DNA of 64,000 bases from Bdellovibrionales bacterium (lineage in GTDB: Bacteria; Bdellovibrionota; Bdellovibrionia; Bdellovibrionales; CAYMLA01), in assembly GCA_965217115.1 (NCBI GenBank), contig OZ244239.1, forward strand, positions 320,001 through 384,000. The letters are read 5' to 3'. Positions 50,859 through 61,156 of the stretch are shown here, piece after piece. Position 1 is the stretch's first letter. Every line of letters begins with the position of its first letter. The notes under the pieces are model-generated. The model did no database searches and was not told where the DNA came from. It was given only the letters and a program-made list of their open reading frames with translations. A program made the position numbers and the translations under genes.

Positions 50859-51031
50859 GGCCCTATTCAATCAATGGGTCAATGGACCTCTTTCTATGAC
50901 TGGCCTCCATGTATAACAACGCTGTTATCCATGGATAGTTTTAGAAAGAGAGCCCTCAAGATGGGTCTCTTGGGAATAGTTCCACTATTTATCACAAAGA
51001 ATCACTTTAAAAGACGAGCTTTCTCGAACCC

Positions 51032-51060
51032 AAAAAAAAAGGCGACTCAATCGTCGCCTT
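51032..51060 (-). terminator. Rho-independent terminator for the 51112-51531 gene
   Basis: Minus strand AAGGCGAC-GATTGA-GTCGCC followed by T9. Confidence 0.8.
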
Positions 51061-51111
51061 CTCACCATCCCCTAGCTTTGTCGGCTGAGGGCTAATCATT
51101 TATCTAGTGTT

Positions 51112-51531
51112 TTAGTTTGTTGGCTGAAACATCTCACTCAAAAACATCTCACTGAAATCACAAGAAACAACACTTAACCCCTGGCTATCAGAAATTCTAC
51201 CTATTTTATCCATAACATGAACAAGTACATTGTTTGCATCGTCATCATAAAAACTAAAATTTAGAATATTATTGATTGCTGCTATGATTTTAATATCTCG
51301 AATAACGGTAATGCCCCCAAGCTCTATCAATGCTCTGACGACCCCAGATCCTGTATTGCGAGTATTCGTCCAATCTTTAAGATTAAAATGTGCATTGAAG
51401 ACCAAACCATCAAAGTTTTCAAATCCAGTGCAAGAAACTGCTTTGAAATAAAAATTTTCATTCATCTCTGCCTCAGGCTCTGCTGTTGCCTGTATAGACA
51501 AGCTTGCTAAAATAATTAGTATTAATTTCAT
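51112..51531 (-). CDS. Small secreted hypothetical protein
   Basis: AGGAG RBS, signal MKLILIILASLSIQATA, beta-rich with two Cys; AT-rich. Confidence 0.8.
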   Translation of the reverse strand: MKLILIILASLSIQATAEPEAEMNENFYFKAVSCTGFENFDGLVFNAHFNLKDWTNTRNTGSGVVRALIELGGITVIRDIKIIAAINNILNFSFYDDDANNVLVHVMDKIGRISDSQGLSVVSCDFSEMFLSEMFQPTN

Positions 51532-51856
51532 TTCTATCTCCTACCTAGAAGGTTAAATTTACTCCATTTAATTTATCTGAATGATTATAACAAAAAAAAG
51601 GAGACCTGAAAGATTTTATTACAGAACTCAACCATTATATGTAAAAAATACATTTTCTTGAAGAATGGTTTATTTATTCGATTCGTTTATAATTCCTGAT
51701 TGAAGGCTTGTGGAATATATAATCTGGGTCTCATAATGGCTCCTATTTGATGAGGTTTTTAGCAAACAAAATCAAATCAGGTTTTTTACATTATGAGGCC
51801 CACTCTAGGTTTTTAACTCAGTGCTTTCCCACAAATATTACCTAGAGCCCTCTTTA

Positions 51857-53680
51857 TTATTTTACTAGATTTTCCAGATTTTCCCGCACTTTTCCTAATT
51901 CTTGCTCCAGCTCCATCCACTTTTCCTCAGATTTCTCCAATAATATCTGAGACTCAGACAGGTCATCTAATATCTCTCTATGACCCCCCGCCATCGCCCT
52001 CTTATTTAATTCTTTTATCTGATGGTTCAGATGCTCCATTTCCCTGTTAGTCATCTTTAACTCTTTTTCTAATTCTCGCCGTCTCTTCTCCCATATCTTT
52101 TTCGACTCTTTGTAATTAAATTTTTTATCCATGGGATGACTCTCCCTTTCAGCCGTCATCTCTGCCTCTTCTGATGAAAGGGATGACAATAAACCCATAG
52201 CTCCCTTCTGCACGCTCCACACATATTCATCATAGTTCCCAGGGTAAAGACCTACTTCCCCGTCTCGTATCTCTAAAATTTTTTTCGCAACTCTCTTAAT
52301 AAAACTGCGGTCATGACTCACCACAACCACTGTGCCTTTATAAGCTTGTAGAGCCTGAGTCAAAGCCTCCACCGTGTAAAAATCTAAATGATTTGTCGGT
52401 TCATCGAGTAATAGAACTGGAGTTTTCTGTGCCAGTATTTGACCCAGAGCCACACGCGCTTTTTCTCCTCCAGACAGTAATACTATTTTTTTCTTCACAT
52501 CATCGCCAGAAAACATAAGAGCCCCTGCCAGATCTTTTAAGTCCTGTAACGTCATGTCAGTCGCGGCATAAGTCCCCAGAGACTCCAGTACAGTGTCTTC
52601 ACCTAATAAATATTCACTCACATGTTGTGCAAAGTATCCTACTTTCATTCCCTCACTTATTTTCACGTCGCCCTTTAATGGTTTTAATAACTGGGCCAGG
52701 GACTTTAACAATGTGGATTTACCTGCACCATTGAAACCCACAACTCCAATATGATCTCCTTTTTGAATTTCAAGGGAGACGTTTGAGAGGACCACATTCT
52801 GATCGTAACCGAGGTCTGTACTGTTTAATTTTATAAGGATTCGACCAAAATGAGGTGGCTCTGGTAAATTGATTCTCGCCTTAACTGATAAGGGCCTTAC
52901 CTCTACTTTTTGCAATTTACCCATTTGCTTTAACCGCGATTGCACTTGTTTTGCTTTTGTCGCCTTCGCTCCAAATTTAGCCGCAAAATCCTGAATCTGC
53001 TTGCGCTTTGCCTGAACCTTAAGTGCTTTTTTTTCTATGAGCTCTCTCAACTGAGATTTTTGCTCAAAGTAATCATCAATATGTCCGCTAAATTTACAAA
53101 CATCCCCCTGTTCAATTTCTAAAATATGATCTGTCGTTCTTTTTAAAAATTCACGGTCGTGGGAGATGAGCAAAAATGCACCTTGAAAATCAATTAAGAA
53201 ACTCTCAAGGATTATTAATGTTTCCAAATCCAAATAGTTTGTCGGTTCATCCAAAAGCATCACATTAGGTTCCTGACCAATTAACGCCAGCAACTTGCAA
53301 CGCATACGATAACCGCCACTGAGACTTTGCACGGGTGAAGAAAACATCTCTTCACTTAATCCCAAGCCCTTACCTATTTTTTTCAAATTCCAAACAGGAA
53401 GAGAGCTACCCTGAACAATATAATCTTCCACTGTCTCCCTTGGTCCCCAGTTAACCTCTTGGGCTAAATAACCCAGGCGCAGTTGACGGGATTGGACCAC
53501 CTGTCCGACATCCAACTCTTCTTCACCAATAAGAATTTTAAATAAAGTTGTTTTTCCTGCTCCATTGGGGCCGATGACACCAATGTGCTCCCCTTCATTG
53601 ACAGAAAATCTAATATCTTCAAACAAATATCTTCCACCATAAGCTTTGCTTCCATTTTGCAGTTGAATCAAATTAGACAT
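51857..53680 (-). CDS. ABC-F family ATP-binding protein
   Basis: Two ABC domains (GPNGAGKTT and GFNGAGKST; LSGG; LLDEPTN; SHDR), no TM domain, C-terminal coiled coil; start probably ATG 53680. Confidence 0.95.
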   Translation of the reverse strand: MSNLIQLQNGSKAYGGRYLFEDIRFSVNEGEHIGVIGPNGAGKTTLFKILIGEEELDVGQVVQSRQLRLGYLAQEVNWGPRETVEDYIVQGSSLPVWNLKKIGKGLGLSEEMFSSPVQSLSGGYRMRCKLLALIGQEPNVMLLDEPTNYLDLETLIILESFLIDFQGAFLLISHDREFLKRTTDHILEIEQGDVCKFSGHIDDYFEQKSQLRELIEKKALKVQAKRKQIQDFAAKFGAKATKAKQVQSRLKQMGKLQKVEVRPLSVKARINLPEPPHFGRILIKLNSTDLGYDQNVVLSNVSLEIQKGDHIGVVGFNGAGKSTLLKSLAQLLKPLKGDVKISEGMKVGYFAQHVSEYLLGEDTVLESLGTYAATDMTLQDLKDLAGALMFSGDDVKKKIVLLSGGEKARVALGQILAQKTPVLLLDEPTNHLDFYTVEALTQALQAYKGTVVVVSHDRSFIKRVAKKILEIRDGEVGLYPGNYDEYVWSVQKGAMGLLSSLSSEEAEMTAERESHPMDKKFNYKESKKIWEKRRRELEKELKMTNREMEHLNHQIKELNKRAMAGGHREILDDLSESQILLEKSEEKWMELEQELGKVRENLENLVK

Positions 53681-53880
53681 CGATACAAATTGCCAGTCTC
53701 CCACCTTTTTGACCACTACATCTTTAAGTCTTTTAAAAAAATGGCGCGTTAAGTTATCTCCCCTCTTCACTTTGTCTTGAGGCTTTTACGTTGACTTATT
53801 TGGGCCAGGCTGCGATTCATTATAAACTTTAGTTTGTGGGAGTCTATGTGGGCTCTATATCTTTTAAAAAGGAGTTATTT

Positions 53881-54309
53881 ATGTCTGGAGTGAACAAAGT
53901 CATTATTGTAGGACGCTTAGGTGTTGATCCTGAAGTTAAGACTGTTACAAGTGGGCAAACCGTTACCCGTCTAAGTGTCGCTACAAGCGAAAACTGGACA
54001 GACAAAGAAGGCAATCGCCAGGAACGCACTGAGTGGCATCGTATTGTCGTTTGGGGAAAACTCGCTGATATTTGTGGCAAGTATCTCGCCAAGGGAAGAG
54101 AAGTCTATGCCGAGGGTCGTTTGCAAACACGTTCTTGGGAGGACCAGCAAGGACAAAAGCGTTACACAACAGAGATCGTTGCCAATACGATTCAGTTTAT
54201 CGGTGGTAAATCCGATTACCGTGAAGATTCTAATACTCAAAGTACAAATGACGTTGGTGATTTTGGCCCCGAACCAACTTTTAATACCACTGAAGAAATT
54301 CCATTCTAG
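53881..54309 (+). CDS. ssb: Single-stranded DNA-binding protein
   Basis: [30 protein letters not shown] and acidic IPF tail; AAGGAG RBS before ATG 53881. Confidence 0.98.
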   Translation: MSGVNKVIIVGRLGVDPEVKTVTSGQTVTRLSVATSENWTDKEGNRQERTEWHRIVVWGKLADICGKYLAKGREVYAEGRLQTRSWEDQQGQKRYTTEIVANTIQFIGGKSDYREDSNTQSTNDVGDFGPEPTFNTTEEIPF

Positions 54310-54355
54310 GTTTTACGATTCAACTTATATCATAAAATGTTTTCATTTAATTGCG

Positions 54356-54382
54356 ACGACCACTCACTGTTTGAGTGGTCGT
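54356..54382. terminator. Hairpin between convergent genes; likely terminator
   Basis: ACGACCACTCA-CTGTT-TGAGTGGTCGT, an 11-bp perfect stem. Confidence 0.65.
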
Positions 54383-54411
54383 GGTGATTGATGACATTAC
54401 TTTCAATATGT

Positions 54412-55296
54412 CTAGTGACTCGCCTCGTGGGACACTTCATCGGCTTGTAGATTCTCGCCATGTCGATAACGGTCGACCAGAGATTTATCCTTCGTGGGAA
54501 ATGAGAAGAGAAGGGCATGCATATTCGACTCCTCATCTTCTTGAGTCACAACAATATAATGAAGATCCTCAACCCCCTCATCTGGGTGTTCCTTAATAAA
54601 AGACACTAAAATATTACCACTTAAATCTGTGTTACGCCAAATCTCATCCGCCGCTTCTATGGTCTGATGACGGAGGGATGAAAATTGACGGTAATCTTCA
54701 TCAGGGATATCACTCTCACTACGCAGAGTGAGCATTGCTTTAAAAAGACCGACAGATAGAAAATCACCCTCTCCCAAAGCATCCCCTTCAAGGGAGGCAA
54801 ATTCAATTTGTTCAAAATCTTGATCAAATATCAATTCACCGGCACAGTATGTATCTAAAAATTCAATGTCTTTTGTTGGGAAATGCAAATAGACAAAAGT
54901 TGGAAGGTCATTGGTCAAATAAGCCGTCACGACATAAGAAAATTTCTTTCCATTAACTTCACACTTAGAGACAAAATGATTTAAAATTTCCCCTTCAACA
55001 GTGAAAGTATCTTCCCATACCTCATCAGGATAATCTAAAGTCGCATTCAAGTATTTCTCATACTTTTCATGATCTTCAACAGAGATATCTGTATCAGAGC
55101 GTAGGGAAAAGAACTTCTTCTCCAGTACGTCAACAACGGGTCTAAAGTATTCAAGTAAGTCTTCCTCTGTAGAGAAGATCAACCCTTTGCCTTCATCAAT
55201 CACAATGGTCTCTGCGTCTAGATCAACCACAGAATTGCTAGCCTTCTTTTTTGCTTTCATCTTTAACTGTGGAGGTTTCTTTTTAGGGGGCGACAT
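54412..55296 (-). CDS. Acidic hypothetical protein with an internal domain duplication (PBECR-like motif)
   Basis: Two copies of LRS..DI..ED...T(L/I)...DE(V/I)W...Y(V/I)V...FPTKD. Confidence 0.7.
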   Translation of the reverse strand: MSPPKKKPPQLKMKAKKKASNSVVDLDAETIVIDEGKGLIFSTEEDLLEYFRPVVDVLEKKFFSLRSDTDISVEDHEKYEKYLNATLDYPDEVWEDTFTVEGEILNHFVSKCEVNGKKFSYVVTAYLTNDLPTFVYLHFPTKDIEFLDTYCAGELIFDQDFEQIEFASLEGDALGEGDFLSVGLFKAMLTLRSESDIPDEDYRQFSSLRHQTIEAADEIWRNTDLSGNILVSFIKEHPDEGVEDLHYIVVTQEDEESNMHALLFSFPTKDKSLVDRYRHGENLQADEVSHEASH

Positions 55297-55367
55297 AGAC
55301 GCTAACTGTACTGATAAACAATCAACATTCCACGTCCTGCCATGTCATTTATAGAATGCTTAAGCTT

Positions 55368-55556
55368 TTATTCCTTAGTTTCAACCGAGGGCTGAATCTC
55401 TCTTAGCATAAAGGTCAAACGACCTGTGAGGTCTTCTAGATGTTCAACTGTCTGGGTGAAACCCTCAAGAATATCTATGACAGGCTCAATCTGAACAGAA
55501 GTTTCTATTCTATCAGCAACTGTCGTCTTATTTATCAATCCATCCGTTAAATCCAA
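55368..55556 (-). CDS. Small hypothetical protein
   Basis: GAGGTG RBS before TTG; 62 aa with a coiled-coil-like C-terminus. Confidence 0.6.
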   Translation of the reverse strand: MDLTDGLINKTTVADRIETSVQIEPVIDILEGFTQTVEHLEDLTGRLTFMLREIQPSVETKE

Positions 55557-55592
55557 AGTTCACCTCATCAAGATTTAGACCTAGTCTATACA

Positions 55593-55619
55593 TACTCGGC
55601 CAAGCAACAACTTAAATTA
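55593..55619 (-). promoter_or_regulatory. Candidate sigma-28 (FliA) promoter
   Basis: Minus strand TAAT-N15-GCCGAGTA versus consensus TAAA-N15-GCCGATAA. Confidence 0.45.
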
Positions 55620-55699
55620 TCTTACAAACTGAGTTTTTATGTCGTTTTCCTCCTGGAAAGGGCTCAATTTGTAAAATTGACACTTCCTTTTAAAAAAAA

Positions 55700-56350
55700 T
55701 CAGTATTCACAACTCAGAGACTCCCTATCCCCTTCTGGGATATTCCTACGAATCTCACCTTTTTCCAGTCTCCAGCTCATCACACTGCCAATCAATGAAT
55801 CATTGTGGGCTAAGCCCAATACATGGCCCAATTCATGGACCATCAAACTCTCAAAATCGACCTTTTGAACATCCACAGACTCTCCAAAAGAGTACCGATA
55901 GTTCCTGCCATTGACTTTAATATCAGCCTCTTTTATCTCGTCTCCCCGCCAATGTGTGCCTGTCACAGCCTGTTTGCTATCACTGCTGTCCCAATTAAGG
56001 AGATAATAGATGACTGAGTACCCATCTTTGCGAGGGCGATTCTCTCCTTCCACATAGCCAGAAATAGTAAATATCTGACGACCAATAACCTCTTTCCATC
56101 TCTCCATAGCACGTTCCAAAGCTGGTATGAGCACCCTAGGAAAGCTCTCATGCATGTACAGTTCAATAGGAGCACCTGAATTCCAGGACACTCTCTCATC
56201 ATAGTTATTCAAAACAAAATTACAGGGCTCCTCACCACGCTTCTGCCCACAGGCCTGTACAAGAAGAGTGATCACCATCACAACTCCTAAGACCCATTTC
56301 CCCTTTAGAATTTTTATTCCACCTATCCTCATAGGCATATGATAAGGCAA
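55700..56350 (-). CDS. Matrixin (M10-like) zinc metalloprotease, probable lipoprotein (true start likely downstream of 56350)
   Basis: HELGHVLGLAH zinc motif, SVM Met-turn, EADI; VQAC lipobox-like sequence. Confidence 0.9.
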   Translation of the reverse strand: MPYHMPMRIGGIKILKGKWVLGVVMVITLLVQACGQKRGEEPCNFVLNNYDERVSWNSGAPIELYMHESFPRVLIPALERAMERWKEVIGRQIFTISGYVEGENRPRKDGYSVIYYLLNWDSSDSKQAVTGTHWRGDEIKEADIKVNGRNYRYSFGESVDVQKVDFESLMVHELGHVLGLAHNDSLIGSVMSWRLEKGEIRRNIPEGDRESLSCEY

Positions 56351-56361
56351 GGACGATACCA
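56346..56361 (-). promoter_or_regulatory. Candidate sigma-54 promoter of the matrixin gene
   Basis: Minus strand TGGTAT-CGTCC-TTGCC has correct -24/-12 spacing. Confidence 0.5.
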
Positions 56362-56714
56362 GTTAGATTTGGCCCATGGAAAAGCCCCCAAGCTACTGAT
56401 TATAATTGCCTTTTATCAAATTCAAAATAACCCAGCTAAAACGACCATTTGTCATAAAATAACACTGATCTAGATAAATAAACCTCAAAAACACTTCAAG
56501 TGCTTGATTTTAAAGTGTTTTCCATGTGTCTATTTTCTAATCATGGCAGTAACAAGATAAGACCCCCGCCATCCAGAGTGGTATTTACCATAAGACATCC
56601 TAATAGTAGTGCCTATATGTCCCTAAAAAATAGCTCTCCCCAGATAATCCCCCGTTTTATTTATTTAGAGAGGGTCTCATTGCAGCTCAAGAACTATCAT
56701 GACACCAAGAAACA

Positions 56715-56730
56715 TGGCCCTATCCTTGCT
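56715..56730 (+). promoter_or_regulatory. Candidate sigma-54 promoter facing putA
   Basis: TGGCCC-TATCC-TTGCT has correct -24/-12 spacing. Confidence 0.5.
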
Positions 56731-56988
56731 CAAGTTATAAAGCAACATACCAGCTCACCCACGATCGTGGATTTCTAGAAGAGCTACACGGCCCACCAAA
56801 CCATCCCACCACCACCGGATGAAGCTAAAAAGCTTCCTCTCCGGCCTCGTCTGATGGTCAGTCATATATTAAGCCTTTGAAAAGCATGGAACCTTCTAAG
56901 TCTCTTTACCAACCCATAAACCCATGGTAATGACACATACAAACACATCCTTTGTGAATTGTAACAATTGCCCTCCAGGAGAATCTTA

Positions 56989-59934
56989 ATGGATGATTTT
57001 CAAAAGCAAATTCTTCAATACGGTCAGGGCATTTTTAAGAGAGCTTCGGAACAATCATCAGGCTCCATCTTTAACAGAGACTGGTGGTATGGAAAGGTCA
57101 TGGAATGGAGCATGAAGAATGGGCAGTTTAAAACACAAATGTTTCGTTTTGTTGATGTGCTCCCCTATCTCAACTCCAGTTCTGAAGTTGCCAAACATTT
57201 AAAAGAATATTTTGGTGAAGGCGGCGAAGAGTTTCCCGCTATCTTTAATAAGGGCGTTGCCCTTGGTTCACTCACACCTGGTCTTATGGCAGGAGCCATT
57301 CGTAAAAATGTCACTCAAATGGCTAAACTCTTTATCACTGGAGAAACACCCAAGAAAGCTCTCCCTCTTCTTAGAAAACAACGGCAAGATCATATCGCCT
57401 TTACCGCCGATCTTCTTGGCGAAGCGACTCTTTCAGAAAAAGAGGCCACTGATTATCAAAACCGTTACCTCGAACTAATCTCATGCCTCAGTAAAGACGC
57501 AAAAAACTGGGCCCATCTTGAACAAATAGATACTGACCACCGAGGAGATATTCCCAAGGTCAACGTCTCTATCAAAATCAGCACCCTCTATTCACAAATA
57601 AATAGTAAGTCATGGGCCGAGTCTAAAAAGCATATTAAAGAACGCCTCCGACCTATCATGAACATGGCTCTTGAGGAGAATGTCTTTATCAATATAGATA
57701 TGGAAGATTATTCTCTTAAACACATCACCATCGAAATTTTTAAAGAACTCATCAATGAAGAAAAATATCTTCAATATCCCCATTGGGGAATCGTGATACA
57801 AGCTTACCTAAGAGATTCTTTGACAGACATTCAAGATCTCTGTGTTTTTGCCTCTCAAAGAGGGACTCCATTCACTGTTAGGCTGGTCAAAGGAGCCTAT
57901 TGGGATTATGAAACTATTCACGCAGCTCAACAGAATTGGCCAACCCCTGTCTACACTATCAAAAAAGAGTCTGATGCTAACTATGAAAGATGCGGTCGCT
58001 ATCTGTTAGATCAACATCTCCATATTAAAGTCGCTTTTGGCTCTCACAATATCAGATCTCTGGCAGCCATGATGGCCTATGCTGAAAACAAAAAATTAGA
58101 GAAATCCAGTTTTGAAATTCAAATGCTCTACGGAATGGCCGATCATTTCAAAAAAAGTATTTCTGACATGGGCTATCGTGTGCGCGAATACGCAACCATT
58201 GGTGATCTCATTCCTGGTATGGCTTACCTTGTGCGAAGACTTTTAGAGAACTCCTCTAATGAGTCTTTCTTAAGACATAATCTCTCTTCTGATCACTCCA
58301 GCCAAGAACTCCTCGCATCTCCCGAAGAGAACCTCTCTGTGTCATCGGAGAAAACAACTCTTAATTTAGAACAATTCTACAATGAGCCTCTCCTTGACTG
58401 GGTTATTGAGGAAAACAGAACATCCCTGACCCATGCTTTAAATAATTTCCAAGCCAAAGAGTTTCAACTTGTTATCAACAATAAAAACATCAAAACCTCA
58501 CAAATCATTGATCGCCTGAACCCCTCACATCCACAGGAATCTGTGGCTAAAATTCATTTTGCAGACACAGACAATGCAGACTTGGCAATACAAACTGCAA
58601 AAGAGGCTCTTTCCACTTGGAAGAGAACAACCATCGAGGAACGAGCTGAAATCATTGAAAAGCTGATCCAACAAATAATAGAAAGACGTTTTGAACTCAT
58701 TGCCCTAGAAATTAAAGAAGTGGGTAAGCCCTGGGCAGAAGCCGATGGCGACATCACTGAGGCCATTGATTTTTGTCGTTATTATCTTAAAGAGATGAGA
58801 AAACTCTCACAGCCAAAACGAGTCGGTCACGCACCTGGAGAATTGAGTCATTATATCTATCAGGCAAGAGGTGTGACCGCCGTCATCGCCCCGTGGAATT
58901 TCCCTCTAGCAATCCTCACAGGAATGGTCTCGGCCTCTATTATTACTGGTAACACTGTTGTTATGAAACCCGCCGAGCAAAGCTCCGCCATTGCTGGTGA
59001 ACTTATGAATATGCTTATCGCGGCGGGACTTCCCCCAGGAGTCGTTAATTATCTGCCTGGCTACGGAGAGACAGTGGGTGAATATTTAGTAAACCATAAA
59101 GACATCTCTCTTATCACTTTCACTGGTTCAAAAGATGTCGGCCTGCGCATCATTAAACAAGCAAGCCGAGTGCAGCCAGGACAAGAACACGTCAAACATT
59201 GTATCACCGAAATGGGCGGTAAAAATGCTCTCATTATTGACTCTGATGCCGATCTTGATGAAGCTGTGGCAGCCACTATATATTCTGTTTTTGGTTTCCA
59301 GGGACAGAAGTGTTCAGCATGTAGCCGTGTCATTGTTCTTGCTGATAATTACGACCGCTTCCTTCAGAGACTCTTAGAGGGAACCAAAAGTATCAAAGTG
59401 CGCTCTGCAGAAGACCCTGAAGCCTTTGTCGGTCCAGTCATCGATCAACAAGCCAAAATAAATATCTTAAAATTTATCGAGCAGGGGAAAAAAGAAGCCA
59501 CTCTACTCTATCAAGGGGAAACACCTAGCGAGGGTTACTTCATCCCTCCGACTATTTTCACTGACGTTAATCCTAAATCTTACATTGCTCAAAATGAAGC
59601 TTTTGGCCCTGTGCTGGCTATAACTCAAGCTCACTCAATAGAAGAAGCTGTCAATATTGCCAATGGCAGCCAGTACGCCCTTACTGGCGGTGTCTTCTCC
59701 CGTAGCCCATCTAATATTGAATATGTAAAACTTAATTTAGAAGTCGGTAATCTCTATATCAATCGCAGTATCACAGGGGCCATGGTTGATCGACATCCTT
59801 TCGGTGGATACAAGATGTCGGGAATCGGTCATAAAACAGGTAGCCCTGATTATTTACAACAATTCCTAGAGTCCAAAGTCATTATCGAAAACACGGTCAG
59901 AAGAGGTTTTGCCCCTGAAGAGGAGGTTATTTAA
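56989..59934 (+). CDS. putA: Bifunctional proline dehydrogenase / P5C dehydrogenase
   Basis: FRFVDVLP, DLLGE, RLVKGAYW and YLVRRLLEN (PRODH); PWNFP, EMGGKN and FQGQKCSACSR (ALDH); AGGAG RBS before ATG 56989. Confidence 0.97.
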   Translation: MDDFQKQILQYGQGIFKRASEQSSGSIFNRDWWYGKVMEWSMKNGQFKTQMFRFVDVLPYLNSSSEVAKHLKEYFGEGGEEFPAIFNKGVALGSLTPGLMAGAIRKNVTQMAKLFITGETPKKALPLLRKQRQDHIAFTADLLGEATLSEKEATDYQNRYLELISCLSKDAKNWAHLEQIDTDHRGDIPKVNVSIKISTLYSQINSKSWAESKKHIKERLRPIMNMALEENVFINIDMEDYSLKHITIEIFKELINEEKYLQYPHWGIVIQAYLRDSLTDIQDLCVFASQRGTPFTVRLVKGAYWDYETIHAAQQNWPTPVYTIKKESDANYERCGRYLLDQHLHIKVAFGSHNIRSLAAMMAYAENKKLEKSSFEIQMLYGMADHFKKSISDMGYRVREYATIGDLIPGMAYLVRRLLENSSNESFLRHNLSSDHSSQELLASPEENLSVSSEKTTLNLEQFYNEPLLDWVIEENRTSLTHALNNFQAKEFQLVINNKNIKTSQIIDRLNPSHPQESVAKIHFADTDNADLAIQTAKEALSTWKRTTIEERAEIIEKLIQQIIERRFELIALEIKEVGKPWAEADGDITEAIDFCRYYLKEMRKLSQPKRVGHAPGELSHYIYQARGVTAVIAPWNFPLAILTGMVSASIITGNTVVMKPAEQSSAIAGELMNMLIAAGLPPGVVNYLPGYGETVGEYLVNHKDISLITFTGSKDVGLRIIKQASRVQPGQEHVKHCITEMGGKNALIIDSDADLDEAVAATIYSVFGFQGQKCSACSRVIVLADNYDRFLQRLLEGTKSIKVRSAEDPEAFVGPVIDQQAKINILKFIEQGKKEATLLYQGETPSEGYFIPPTIFTDVNPKSYIAQNEAFGPVLAITQAHSIEEAVNIANGSQYALTGGVFSRSPSNIEYVKLNLEVGNLYINRSITGAMVDRHPFGGYKMSGIGHKTGSPDYLQQFLESKVIIENTVRRGFAPEEEVI

Positions 59935-60619
59935 TAACCATTGAGAGAAAACGTCCCTCAGTGTCCATATTAAATTCCACTTCAGCTATCACTTTCTCTC
60001 CATTATTTCTTAACTCATAGACCTCTTGAATTTTATTACCTACAACCAGATTCTCCTTCAACCGAACATCAGAAAAAGACACTGGCAATAGACTTTTATA
60101 TTTTCCTATGAACGCCTGACGATTAACAACATAATTAGGCGTTCCTATTCCAGAACTATCATTGAAATTAATCTTTTTGATTTTATTCCTCTCATAAGAT
60201 ATTGCGTATTTTCCCTCTAAATATCCAAATTGCAGCATTTCTTTCAGGTTTGGCTTACGACCAATACTGGCTATATCGCGCCCCGCTGCCACACGAGAAA
60301 CTCTCTCCGCAATTTCGTGTTCCCAACGTAGGTTTTTAATTCTCTGCTCAGAAGTTTTTGACAGACTCGCTAATGTTCTTCCAGGTTTTACACCGGCATT
60401 TAAATTATCCTCAAAACTTGAATTTAACACTGCCGTTCCCACGATAACAAAAGCCAATGATATCCCAGCTAAAATGCGTGTTCGAGTCAAATTTTTCTCT
60501 GTCTCTTCAACGAGCTCATTACTCGTCTTGCTTCGAGATGTTGGAAACAACAATAACTTTCCTTTTTCTTTAGAAACTTTCCTACTCACAACAAACCTCC
60601 AAAAGTAACACTCAAACAA
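59927..60619 (-). CDS. Hypothetical single-TM protein
   Basis: Long ORF with one TM segment and RTLAS/RDIAS linker motifs; no function recognised. Confidence 0.7.
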   Translation of the reverse strand: MFECYFWRFVVSRKVSKEKGKLLLFPTSRSKTSNELVEETEKNLTRTRILAGISLAFVIVGTAVLNSSFEDNLNAGVKPGRTLASLSKTSEQRIKNLRWEHEIAERVSRVAAGRDIASIGRKPNLKEMLQFGYLEGKYAISYERNKIKKINFNDSSGIGTPNYVVNRQAFIGKYKSLLPVSFSDVRLKENLVVGNKIQEVYELRNNGEKVIAEVEFNMDTEGRFLSMVIK

Positions 60620-60674
60620 GGGGTCTTCATCTCATACCTTATCAAGTTATTTTAAAAACGGATAAACCCCTAGC

Positions 60675-61100
60675 TTAAGCCGCCCTACGACGACGTGCCT
60701 GTGTGTGATCAATTTCGTACTGCTTCACTTTGCGATACAAGGTTGCCCGTCCAATTCCCAATGCCTTGGCGGCTTCAGTCAGATTTCCTCTAAACTCATA
60801 AATAGCCTCTTCTATTGCTACGCACTCCAATTGATTGATCGTTCTTACACGCAGATCATCTGATGATTTAAGAGGTTTAAATTGCAGAACCTTTGCCTCT
60901 TCATTCAAAGGGCTTGAACCTAGAGCCAACGATGGAACGCCAATCTTAACTTGATAACAAAATTCTTCTGTATCCAATCCTCTATTCCACTCTAGAGGAG
61001 AAAATACTTTAACAGACACTCCCTTAGGCTTCCAGAACTCTCGCGCATCATGTATTATCTTAGCATCATCTGAAACCAAGTAAAAAACTGAATATGACAT
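60675..61100 (-). CDS. Fis-type HTH domain protein
   Basis: C-terminal GNLTEAAKALGIGRATLYRK; no AAA+ domain; start at ATG 61100 with GGAGG. Confidence 0.88.
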   Translation of the reverse strand: MSYSVFYLVSDDAKIIHDAREFWKPKGVSVKVFSPLEWNRGLDTEEFCYQVKIGVPSLALGSSPLNEEAKVLQFKPLKSSDDLRVRTINQLECVAIEEAIYEFRGNLTEAAKALGIGRATLYRKVKQYEIDHTQARRRRAA

Positions 61101-61156
61101 CAAAAACCTCCAAAAGTGGGACAAACTATATCTCAAAAAGATATACGCACATCTTC

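Noticed and set aside
50640..51095. ORFs 50640-50870 (-) and 50664-51095 (+)
   Set aside because: Both strands give the same peptide (FFSRVLPKESS) because the region is a palindrome; no protein-family features.
51725..51802. Inverted repeat TGGGTCTCATAATG / CATTATGAGGCCCA
   Set aside because: A single short imperfect pair with no target duplication, transposase or second copy; not enough to call a MITE.
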